DNA of 60,996 bases, the filler included, from Dugesia japonica (Eukaryota): assembly GCA_001938525.1 (NCBI GenBank). It is 6 parts of 6 records of this genome, joined end to end, with 100 filler letters (N's around TTAATTAATTAA, not from the genome) between each part and the next. Parts side by side here need not be neighbours in the genome. Positions count along the whole stretch, not along the records: positions 39,567 to 51,463 come from MQRL01608386.1; positions 51,564 to 60,996 come from MQRL01623861.1; 4 more parts are not named here. One strand, given 5' to 3'. A program made the translations under genes and the position numbers. Of the stretch, positions 49,680 to 60,996 are shown one piece after another. The notes under the pieces are model-generated. The model saw only the letters and a program-made list of their open reading frames with translations. It had not been told where the DNA came from and did no database searches. The first letter of the stretch is position 1; each line of letters starts with the position of its first letter.

Positions 49680-49996
49680 AATTTTGTACAGATGAAGATG
49701 AAGGCGTTTACGAATAACTTTGTGTAGTATGGAACGGGGTATTTGTAAGTCCCTATTTGCACATCAAACTAATTGTTTTGGATTATTATAAAAACCTTTG
49801 ACGAATATGATAAAACGTTTTCTTAGAATTTCTCGATCTTCCAGTACTTTTTTCAACAATTCCAATTTCTGGAAACTGAGATTTCCATCTATAAATTGAT
49901 TTACGATCTGGTGGTTTTCTTTCATAGGCTCTTCGAAATGTTCTTCTACCTTCAGCGACAGATTACATACTACGCTTTCTTTTGTGCAGTAATCAT
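49680..49996 (-). mobile_element. Tc1/mariner (DUF4817-type HTH) transposase fragment
   Basis: RRTFRRAYERKPPDRKSIYRWKSQF..G.V.KSTGR...LQIPRSILHKVIRKRLHL. Confidence 0.8.
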
Positions 49997-51563
49997 AATG
50001 AGTTAATATAAAAAAATGGAATATTAAAAAAGTTGTGTAAAATAAAATGTGTGTCTAATTGCAAACTGCACGTAATATTGAACATTGATTAAATTATCTA
50101 ATTTCCTACTAACAATTTTTGTGTTTGTACTATTCTTTCAAGAACACACTGTATTATTTTTATTATAACTTTATCATTTTCCGTAAAATCTATTTTGTAA
50201 ATAGGCTAAAAGTTCGCATCAATAATTAAGTCAACAATAATCAAATATTTTCAACAAAATAATTTAATTTTCCCAGAAGTTCTATTTAAAAGAAATATTA
50301 TGTAAACAAAAATTTATGATTATTTTCAACAAACATTTGCTACTGTAATTAAAACAGCAAACGAGAATAATATTTATCAAAGTAAAAAGAAATTTGCGAA
50401 GTTCTGACAACATGGCTTTCTGCATTTTGTTAATATTCACAGTAAAGTCTTGTTTAAAACGGTTTCCTTAAAGACAAATATTTACTTGTAAGCAATGCAA
50501 AAATCAATAAATTAAATTTTTAAAAAATTAAAATTTCAATTGAAATTTCAAAATTTCTTTAATTTAAAAACAAATGCTTCGTAAGAAGAGTTAAAATTCT
50601 TTTTTATTTGTTCGATTTCGAAAAATATTACTTAATATGCAAATATCAAATTATTAAATAAATAATTATCGATATTATCTGTGAAAATTTTATTTTAATT
50701 ATGATTTATTGTGGATTTTCATCACATAAATCAAAGTTTTTAATTACAGATTTATTTCCAATAATATTTAGGTTGAATTTAATATTCATCTGTGATCTAC
50801 ATGAAAACTTCTATATAAAACCTTTTTCCCATTTATAAGTAAATTTGAGTTCTTGCTTAGTCAATTTTAATTGTTAGTTTGTGTGGGAATTCCATTTTAC
50901 AAGATTTTTCTTACACTTTTGAGGTTCCCCCATTTCTGTTTTTTTAATATTATTTTTATTAAAAATAGATGAAAATAGATTGTATTTTCTAATATTAAAG
51001 GATTATATAACGATATGTATAACATAGATACGTGGATATTCCATTTTATATATAGTGGTGTATGTTGAGTTCGTACAATTTAGATTCCATAAATACAATA
51101 CAAAAATAGCACTATCTATTAAATTCAAATTTCTGCTTTTCTTTTAGTAACAATAAGATAATATTGTTGTTTAAATATTCAGTAATTGTTTTATAATAAA
51201 TTTTGAAAAGCTTATTATTATTTAATGGGTCAAGATGATTTGTAACTGGCGAACACGCCGAAATCACAGTCACTATTCTACAGTTTTCACAAAGATGAAA
51301 ATTGTAGAATCGTTGCCAAAGAATGTTCAAGAAACAATTTGTTCATTAATAAAAAGGTTTTTTGGCAACAAGGAAGAAGATGTGAAGATTTTGTAACCAT
51401 AAATTCTTTAAATTTATCTGCAGCATTCGATTTATTGCTGCACGGTGACGCGAAGTAATTATGNNNNNNNNNNNNNNNNNNNNNNNNNNNNNNNNNNNNN
51501 NNNNNNNTTAATTAATTAANNNNNNNNNNNNNNNNNNNNNNNNNNNNNNNNNNNNNNNNNNNN

Positions 51564-51765
51564 AATATTATAATTGATTTATTAATATTATAATTGAGTT
51601 ATTAATATTATAATTGAGTTATTTATATTATAATTGAGTTATTAATATTATAATTGAGTTATTAATATTATAATTGATTTATTAATATTATAATTGATTT
51701 ATAAATATTATAATTGAGTTATTAATATTATAATTGATTTATAAATATTATAATTGAATTATTTA
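51564..51765. repeat. 20-bp AT-rich minisatellite, about 10 copies
   Basis: ATTAATATTATAATTGAGTT units. Confidence 0.95.
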
Positions 51766-51789
51766 ATAATTGGTGCATTATTTCTGTTA

Positions 51790-51832
<43 letters not shown>

Positions 51833-51841
51833 ATTATTCAG

Positions 51842-52298
51842 GTGAGAATCAATACCTACAAACATCTCAGCACGATAATCAATCAACTCCATGGCCAAGT
51901 TGTCAAACAAGAAGTAAATTTTGGTAATTTTATNNNNNNNNNNNNNNNNNNNNNNNNNNNNNNNNNNNNNNNNNNNNNNNNNNGTGGAAGCAAGAATGCC
52001 TGTGATCGAATCATTCGGATTCAGTGATAAATTACTGAAGAAAACGAGTGGAGAAGTTGGCTTACCTCAATTGAAAACTATTATCTGGGAAATATTGAAT
52101 TGCCCACCGATGCTCGATATGAGTCTTTATAAGAAGATTGTCGATCGAGCAGAACAATGTGATATCGGAATTGCACCGGAACTTGTTACAAGAACCCAGA
52201 AATACATCAATAATATCAGAACTAGGAAAGGTATTCAAGTTCGTCAGCAGTTGGTTGAATCCGGTGATAAACAAAGAACTTTAAACAAGAAAAAATAA
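51842..52298 (+). CDS. EFL1: Elongation factor-like GTPase 1 (Ria1), last two exons
   Basis: Exon 51842-51923, then EARMPVIESFGFSDKLLKKTSG...PQL...WEIL...KYINNIRTRKG.....LVESGDKQRTLNKKK*, the EFL1-type C-terminus. Confidence 0.85.
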
Positions 52299-53449
52299 TT
52301 TATTTGAATATATTTCTCAATTTTTTTCATTGATTTTTTAATTTTTGTGCTGTGGTTATGCGGTTGATTGATTGTTTTATTCAAATGTGATATTATATAC
52401 TAATGTCGATCGATGGCCGCCTCCTGACAGATTAATAATGCAATTATTCAGCTTTATTTAATTATTTTAATATGATTTTCAATTTTGCGTGTTTTGTGTT
52501 TTCATATTATTTTATATCTATCTTCATTGATTTTTATATCAAATAATTATATTAAATACACATTAAATAATTAAGATTAAATAATTATAATGGTTATAAT
52601 TATTGATTTAATATAATCATTATTTATCATTGATTTATCATTATTTATAATAATCATTATTTATCATGGATTTATCATTATTTATTATTGATTTATTATT
52701 TATTATTGATTTATTAAATTTATTATTCATTTGTTATAGATTTATTGTTGTTATTATTATTATAATTATGATGTCATTATTATATTGATGGACTTTTACA
52801 TGATGGAAATTATGCTACCCTAATTTATTTTCTAAGCCCTCTCCATTGTTATTCCTTCAAGTTCATTTTACTTATTTTTCTTTCCCCAATTATTGAGTTG
52901 CTTTATTTCATTTATTTAACCATTCCTTTAAATCCTTTTATACTTAATAATTGATGGAAGCTTTAAACCCATATTTCTATTTTCGTTTTATTGTTTGTGT
53001 TTGTAGTTATTGGGATTAAACTTTCGTATTAAAATAATCATAGAAATATTTATATTTTCCCATAATGGTTTATAACAATTCGTGAAATATATACATAATT
53101 ATAGCAATTTAGTTTTAATTATCATCGATTAATCTTTCAATATAGTTTAATAACTATTGTTGGGCTAGAAAATATATCTTTTGAGCTAGATAAGTGTTCT
53201 AGAACTAGAACACCTCGTTGATTCGACTATATATATAGCATGTTAGTCTAGAACACCAGAGCCCGGAAACAGTCTAAAATATGAACAAAAATAATAAGTT
53301 ATTGTTAGAAAGAAACGGGAATGTATATGGGAAGTTCATATTGAGTAAGTTGAAAAAGAGAAAAATAATTGCTGGCCCGCGTTATGTGTATTTGCTATTA
53401 TTATTAATATTATTGTTGGCGTGAAACACCAGAAAAAGAAGCAATATTG

Positions 53450-54420
53450 AATGTTCTACTGATGTTGAAGTCAGAATTATTACTGAGACTATTAAGTAGA
53501 AAGCACTGAACCGTCAATGACAACGTCCGCATTATTAATCCAGAAGGAATGGCATCTCATTACGCACAGTGATGTACTATCTGAACTACCAGAAAAAGCA
53601 TCTTTACTAAGAATAGTGAATAGGTTACAAAAATAGGTTTTCTCTTCCTTCTGAATGTAGTATGTGTGTTATTAGAAGCCCGTATGATTCATCATTTTAA
53701 GTAGAGCCGTTTTTAAGATATGATTCAGGCTTAGAAGATCCTGAAAGAATATTAATTTTCTATTCCGATTTTAGACTTAGATCATTAATAATAAGTCTAT
53801 ATGTGCACGTCCATTGTACTTTTGATACAGTGCAGTCAATATTTTTTTCAACTATATTCTAAACATAAACTTAGCCATACATTTACTTTCAACTATGTTC
53901 TTTGTTTGATAAAATCAGCAAATATTAGGCTGATGCAAAAATAATGTCTTTTTGGAACTATAAAATTAAAAACTCGGCTTAAAATAAACTTTATTTATCA
54001 AAATAAAAACCAGATTTATCAATACATTTCTGCCAACGAGTAACAAGTTTATTGAAGCCTATTGAATAAAAATCTTTGTCTCTGGAAGCAAAGAATTCAT
54101 CAAAAGCCTTTTCGGCAAGGGCTTGGTCTTTGAACCACCTCTCGCACAAGAAATTGTCCAAATGCTTAAAGAAATGAAAAAAAATGTTTAGACATATTAA
54201 AAAAGCTGCTCATAACACTGATCTCTCGTTGATTCCAGAGACAATAATGATGGACTTCTAAATTTCAGCAATGAATGCAATGAGGAATATATTTTCAATA
54301 TGCCTGTTTAGAGGATATCTCTTTCATTTTAATCAATCATGGTGGAGAAAAATACAGGATATAGGCTTATCAAGATCATATATTAGTTCAAATGACCAAC
54401 AATTTAAAAATCTAAGCCTT
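53450..54420 (+). mobile_element. MULE/Mutator transposase remnant, interrupted
   Basis: FLRYDSGLEDPERILIF...FFQLY; PETIMMDF*ISAMNA...GYLFHFNQSWWRKIQDIGL. Confidence 0.85.
53925..54185 (-). mobile_element. Mariner (DD34D) 3' end with TIR, nested in the MULE
   Basis: FHFFKHLDNFL...DFYSIGFNKLVTRWQKCI; TA|TTAGGCTGATGCAAAA TIR. Confidence 0.9.
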
Positions 54421-55384
54421 CAATTCCCATGCCGTTGTTGTTGTTCATGTATTTATTGCCATTATTGTTTCCATTATGATCCGGATCATTTTTCAAAAAT
54501 GGTAGTTAATAACATTATTATTAATCTTGTAATTTTCGTCGTTAGTGAATATTATAGTACAATCACTATATACCAAATGTATTATTGATAATAATTTCCT
54601 TTCTTTACGGAAGATTTCGACGAATACTCACTGATGGGGAGAACCAATTACTAATTTTTATTTACGTGTTAAATTAAATATTGATGCTCCTCTTTTGGTC
54701 GTTCATTGCTTTCTGGTTATAAGTTGTGTTTGAGTATTTTCTTTTTGTGAATATAGGAACTCTTAAGTACACGGTTTTCGTCTTGTAGATTGTGTGAAAT
54801 GATGGTCATATAATTGTTTTGTAAACTCTTCCTGTAAAATAATCATTAGCATGCTATTAATAAATGCATAATAACTGTTTTTTTTCTTTTCTTTTCAAAA
54901 TTGACCACCATTTCCAGCTTTAAACGTGAATGTAAAGACAGCGATAATCAGGAAATGTCTTAAGAGCTGTACAGACTCGCCAAAAAATTGGAAAGCACAG
55001 ATAACTACACAAATAGTAACAATACTTTTAAATACCGATATTATGAGTTCCGCGAAGAGGCTGCCCTGTCACACATCCAAGAACGGCTGTGGAAGGCCCA
55101 GTTGGACACATTTGCCGTGTTAATAAGGCAGCTTTATGAGCGCGAAAACCAATTGGTTGAGAACATCCAGAAACTAAAGACCCTAGTACAGCCAGATCCG
55201 TTGATTATCGATAAGTCCATCCAGACTAAGCACTAGCTTAAATCTTTGACAGTTGAGTATATATGATTAAATGTTTAACCTCGTGTATTTTCTTGTTTGA
55301 ACTGAGAGTAAAACCTTAATAGCTATATCAGTTAAAGTTTTCTTTTATTAATTCTAGTGTCTACCAATCAGCTTCCACGTTAAT

Positions 55385-55650
55385 GAATTCCAGACTTGGA
55401 TGAATTTTCTTAGTAGCCAAGATATGATATTGAAATTTAAACAAGGTGCGAAACACACGAATGCTGATATGCTGCCGAGAATGACTGATGGTACGTGTGT
55501 ACAATGCTTAACAGATCATGAGAATTCAAAGGAAGCAAAAATAAAGACAAGAAAAATTAATGGTATATCAGGCTCAGATACATATAAATGGAAAATTAAC
55601 GTAGAAGAAATTGATCAAATAAAGAATGATATAAAAATGGAATATATCTG
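55385..55650 (+). mobile_element. Gypsy RNase H/linker fragment, inverted relative to its neighbour
   Basis: FQTWMNFLSS.D....KQGAKHTNADML.R..CVQC. Confidence 0.85.
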
Positions 55651-55654
55651 AAAA

Positions 55655-58600
55655 ACTCAATATTGGTGCTTTTGTTAATGCCTATTTCATCTCATTAAAA
55701 GTTTTATCACAATTTTCATACAACATAAGTTTTTTAATATTACTTTAACGTAGCTCTTGCAAGCTTCTATCTTTCTTTGAGTAATTTTTGTTAAATCGTC
55801 TATGGTAATTGCATATTTTAAAAAAGCTTCTCAACTTCTTCACACATTTAGGTCTTCCGAAATTTTTATTGATTTAATTTTTGTTGGATCAGTTTGAACT
55901 CTTTTTTTCTTTATGACAAGTCATAAATATTTGACTTCTGCTCGCAATAAATGAATTTTTTTCGGATTAATTCTCAACCCTGATGTTTAAATTCTTTAAA
56001 AAAACTTTATCTAAAATTCTATAGTGCTGCTCTAAACTTTCTGAAAATATCAATATATAATCCATGTATACCATCTTTTCTCTTAATCTTCCTATTACTT
56101 TGGTCATTAATTCTTGAAACGTTTCAGGTGCTTTACCTATACCAAAAGGTATTCTTGTGAAACAATACTGTCCATTTTTCGTAGAAAATGCTGTTTTCTC
56201 TTGTAAATCTTTATGTAACGGAACTTGATAATATGCATTACCCAAATCAATAGTACTAAAATATCTTGCACCANTCAAATTGTCTAGTATTTCTTCTACA
56301 TTGGGCATCGGAAATGCCTGCCTTTCTGTGATTGCATTCAGTTTTCTAAAATCAAGACAGAATCTAATGTCTTTCCTTTCTTTTTTCCGAACACATATTA
56401 ACGGAGTGTTCCATTGTGAATTACACTTCCTAATAATGTCATTGTCAAACAAATTCTTGATAGGTTTATCGATCTTGTTCTTCAAATGTATTGGTTGTCT
56501 CCTTGATTTCGTATTTATTGGTTCTCCATTTGTGATTATTTGATATTCTGCCATTGTTTTTCTTTCAATATTCTAGTTGTCTGTCATGAATATTTCTTAA
56601 TAAATTATTATAACTTTCTCTAAATTCTCGTTTGGCTTGTTAAACAATACTTGTATTGCTCTCTGTACTCTCTTCATCTGCTGTACTGTGTCCATACTTT
56701 GGTTCTATATTACAAAGACACATTTCATTGTCCTCACATTTAGTCTCTCTCAGAAGTTGGAATCCAAACGGTTTCTGTAATTCTTTTCCTCCTATTATGT
56801 CTGGATGTATCTGTTTCACGATAATGAATTTAACTGTTTTGCTTTTATTCTCGAATTCCAATTCTACCTTTATCGTACCTACGATTTTAAGCGGACTATT
56901 ATTGGCACATCTTAAATTGTCTTTCCTTTTTAATATATTGATTTCTTTCAATCTTTCCAATTTTCTCAAACTCATCACATTAATTCATGATCCAGTCTCA
57001 AAAAGCAATCAACGTTTGCGCATTTTATTTCAACCGTTGTACTTGGTATATCTTGTATCTTGTCATAACTTATCTCTTGTCACTTTATCTCTTCTATCGT
57101 CAGAATTTTACTGTTGTCTTTTCCATTTATATCATTGGTCATATTTGGTTGGCCTCTAATTAATTCTTTCTTTACAAACTTGTAAACCTTTTCTTTTACA
57201 TCATTGTGTTCTTTCTACTCGTTTATCTTCGTTTCTTTTATTTATATCATTATTGATACTGCGATTTTATGGGATACTTAACTCAACGCTCCAACAATCT
57301 CGACTTCGGTCAGAGCTTGGCCATTTGGGTTCTTATCTTTATAAATATTTGATCTTTCATTACAATAGTGGCCTTTGTCTTCTCTACTTACACAATAATT
57401 TCTATTTTCCTCAATTAAATTAATTTGATTTCCATTCCTTCTTGTGTAATTATTTGTATTGTTCAAATAATATCTTTGTTTGTAATTTCTGAATACTTTT
57501 TTGGTAAGTTCTTTTTTATTCTAATAACTTAAGTGTCTGTTCATATTTTTCTAACACTCCTCTGTGTGGTGACCTTTCATTCTGCATTTTGAGCAACTAA
57601 CTTTAGTACAGTTTCTTCTTAAGTGTTTTTCAGATCCACAAGCATAACAATTTTTTTTCTTTCTTGATAATGTCTGCTTACATGACATATTTTGTGACAG
57701 GTCCAACACGTTATTTCTCGTCTTTCCTTGTTTATGTTCTGTTGCATTCATTCATTTCAACTCTTGTTGAAATTTCTTTGTTCTGGACTTCGGCGAACTC
57801 CATCTCTGTAGTTACGAACTAAATTTATTTCTTCAGTTTTATATTCGTCTTTAATGTCTTTTCACTCTTTTATTGCTTTAAATACATCTTCTACTTTTCT
57901 ATTTTTCCTGATTTAATCTTATGTTAAATCTTTCTTTCATTGCAACTATTTATTATTAGCTCTTTTTTTAAGTTATTTTTGTTCCATTTATAAGCCATCA
58001 ACTTCTCGGCCATTTCTTCTATTTTTTGTCTTATAGATACTCACATGCTCTTCATTCCTTCGATAATTTAGAGCTTCTTTCATGCCTTTAATCATCGTTA
58101 ATGGCCTAAAGAAAGCCTTTCTGAATCTTTCTTCAAATCCCAATGATTCGTTTTCATTTTCATAGATTTCACGCAGTTATTCATCTATGAAAGCAACTAC
58201 AAACAAACTCATTTGGCCTTTTGTTGTTTCGGTTATATCAAAATATTTTGATGTCTTCAAAATAAGTATTTCGATATCATTGCCCAATTCGAACATTCCA
58301 GGGTGCATGGCTTCTTTTAGCAAATCCAATGATACGTTGGTCACCATATTAGTTAAATTCAAAACCTCACAACTCTCCATAAATTTGTATTTATTATTAC
58401 AAGAGTTTTTGATTAAATTAAAAAAATATGAAGAATAATTCATAGTATTCAAACCAATAATCTGAGTAATTTTTCACTAAAATATTTTCAAAATATCGAT
58501 TTTATTGTTATTTTACTTTACATGTTTTTAATTGCTTTCAAAAATATTTTCATAAAATATTATAAAAAAGTTGATTTTTAATTTTATGAAATATTTTATT

Positions 58601-60562
58601 TTACATGTTTCAAAAAAATTTTAATATTATATTTATAAAAATTTTAAAAATCTCTCAGATATTTAAATCTATTAATGACGTAAGTACAAACAAACTTTTA
58701 TGACCTTTCTTTGTTCCGGTAATATCAAAATATTTCGTTGTCTCCAAAATAAATTTTTTGACATCATCGCTCATTTTGAAAATTCCAGGGTCCATTGCTT
58801 CTTTTAGCAAATCCAAAGATGCGTTGGTTGCGATATTAGTTAAATTCAAAATCTCACAACTCTCCATAAATTTGTATTAATTATTACAAGTTTTTTGATT
58901 AAAAAGAAAAATGATGAAGAACAATTCATAGTATTCCAAAAAATAATCTAAGAAATTTTAATAAAATATATTTTGTAAATATATCGGTTTTCCTTTTTAA
59001 AAAATTTAATATATCATAATTTCATAACACAATTTTTATAATTTTATAATTTTACATAATTTTAAATAATATAAAATATCAATTTTGATTTTGAAATACC
59101 TAAATTTCATAAAATAGTTTTTATGATTTTAAAATTTTATTCTCACTTTTTTCAATTATATTTGTATACTTCAAAAATAAATTTTAAAATAAAATATATA
59201 TAAAAATTTAAAAATCTTAGATATTCAAAATCTATAAACCCACCTTTACAAATGTTGGAGTTTTATCTAGGTGGGTTGATTTTTTAAAAATTATGTCTAA
59301 GGTGATCGGCCTAGTAAAACCCCACGAAAAAGTTATTCTGGCGTCCCCAAAAATCCAGATCTTCGGAATGGAGCCGTTGACTCGGAATCCGAGTACAGAT
59401 TTGCATTCCTTTGGTGTGGGTTCATATTTCATAATACTCGCTAGATCTTTAGAACTAATTAATCTCTATTGGTCAATGGTGTCAGTACTTTGCATTGGAT
59501 ATCTATCTTTAATCAAGGCTTCTTCATATGAATATTCGTTATGAGGAGTGCGGGTTTGAGCATGTGATCGAGTAATTACAGTGACGAATATTGTAGTAAA
59601 ATTTAAAAGTTATGAGGGAAAGTTAAGTGCCATGTGAGCTTAGTGTTGTCCTGAGGTCCAGATTTTATAACAGAAAAAATTAAATATTGTCAATAAACTG
59701 TCAGTTATATCAACAAGATTTGTCACCAACGCTATTATTGCATAACCTCCACATTCGCACCAAATTTCATCATTATTTCGAGTCAATAACACTACCTGAG
59801 AGGCACTGCTTACTAGAAAAATTTGCGTGAGTATAAGTTTTGATTATTTTTATCATGACTTTTGATGAAAATCACAACGGTATTTTTACCGGTTTCTTTT
59901 CACACCCTCGTTCCTTTCATTGGTTATTTGATATCATACGATTTTTCTAATGCTTCTATTGGCTTGATCGTCACATGAGTTCTTCTTATTGGTTGATATT
60001 TTTGGAATATAAAACTATTGGTCAGTCTTCAAACCCTTGTATCTTTCCAAGTCTTGCTATGACTTTTTAACTTAGATTTTCGAAATCTCCGATTTTTTGT
60101 TGACCATAATTGTCTTATTTGCTAATTTTTCCACCCTGGAAAGGCGTCGTTTTTGAATATTTCACAAAATATTTAATTTTCTTTTAAAAAAAATCATTTT
60201 TAATTCTTACGATTTATTTTATTTAAATAAATAAATTTTTTATTTTATTTTCTTGTTAAATATTAATTTTTTGTTCATTTCTTTGTTTTTCTGATCTACA
60301 TTTAATTTAATTTCGTCGTTTTTACTTTCATTAATTAATTTAATTAATTCTTTTAATTTATTTTCTCTTTCACCACTTATTATTTCAATATGATTTTCTT
60401 AGTTTTGTCTAATGAACTAATTGTTATTCGTTATTCTCTTTATCCGACTGATAGCTTCTATAACTTCCTTTTTTTGGCTTTCTAATTTCGGCGTTTTTTC
60501 TTGCTGTAATTTTAGATTTTGCTGGTTCTTACGTTGGTTTAAACTGCCAATCTTGGTTTTTC
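55655..60562 (-). mobile_element. Gypsy element: 5' LTR (60562-59253), duplicated leader/gag start, gag, protease, RT
   Basis: CCHC knuckles CYACGSEKHLRRNC and CSKCRMKGHHTEEC; RT CLDFRKLN...IDLGNAYYQ...YMDY. The LTR ends CCAACA and is followed by a degenerate PBS-like sequence. Confidence 0.9.
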
Positions 60563-60996
60563 AGTAGGGGGATAGAAGCGCACGGTCACAATCACATAGC
60601 ACTGGGCGAACCAACCCCCACGGGGGGGGGGCTCGAAAACACAACACGATTGTGACTGTTTTTTTTGTGACGGTTTTTTTTGTGGTATCATTTTTGGAAT
60701 CAAATTTTTTTTTGATCGGATCAGATTCTTTTTTGATCGGATCAGATTTTTTTTTACCTTTTTTAATTTTATCTTTTTTTTTATCTTTTTTTTAAAACTT
60801 TTTTTTTACCTTTTTTCTAATCTTTTTTTTTACCTTTTTTTTAATTGTTTAAATTGTTTTAATTAATAGACTTTTTTTGTTTTAATAATTAAACTTTTTA
60901 TTTTGTTTTAATTAATTGACTATTTTTAGTTTTAATAATTAATTTTTTTTTGTTTTAATTAATGAAAATGGTTTGTTTTAATTAATGAAGTTTTTT
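60563..60996. mobile_element. Terminus of a Polinton/Maverick-like element inserted in the LTR
   Basis: Starts AGTAGGGGGATAGAAGCGCACGGTCAC exactly where homology to the solo LTR stops. It has a C/G-run hairpin and GATCGGATC repeats like the reverse complement of 130-369. Confidence 0.55.

Noticed and set aside
56280-57159. Plus-strand ORFs over Gypsy pol, and similar antisense ORFs over TAF4
   Set aside because: They are shadows of coding sequence on the opposite strand.

Overview
Very AT-rich animal genomic DNA with short GT-AG introns (about 42-53 nt) and (ATT)n microsatellites. The gene content (decayed TRAF and piwi copies, an orphan rhodopsin-type GPCR) fits a triclad flatworm, but this is inference. 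The window is not one contiguous molecule: five identical 100-bp spacers (44 N + TTAATTAATTAA + 44 N) join six pieces of about 8-12 kb. Host genes are UBE2J2, TAF4, a glucose-6-phosphatase (missed by the ORF track), a single-exon GPCR and the 3' end of EFL1. The first piece holds three broken host-gene copies: piwi, TRAF and TDP-43. The rest is decayed transposon sequence: Gypsy, hAT, Tc1/mariner, MULE, Helitron, a Polinton-type DNA polymerase and Penelope-like remnants. Three signals are not explained by the ORF track. (1) A family of minimal hammerhead ribozymes in Penelope pseudo-LTRs, one with an intact core inside the piwi pseudogene, plus a filled/empty-site pair for a hairpin insertion from the same family. 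(2) Several AGTAG-terminated Polinton-like ends, including a 311-bp mini element with a 4-bp TSD beside the polymerase gene. (3) A Gypsy LTR family with a solo LTR inside (ATT)n. I do not see a clearly new intact multi-gene system.
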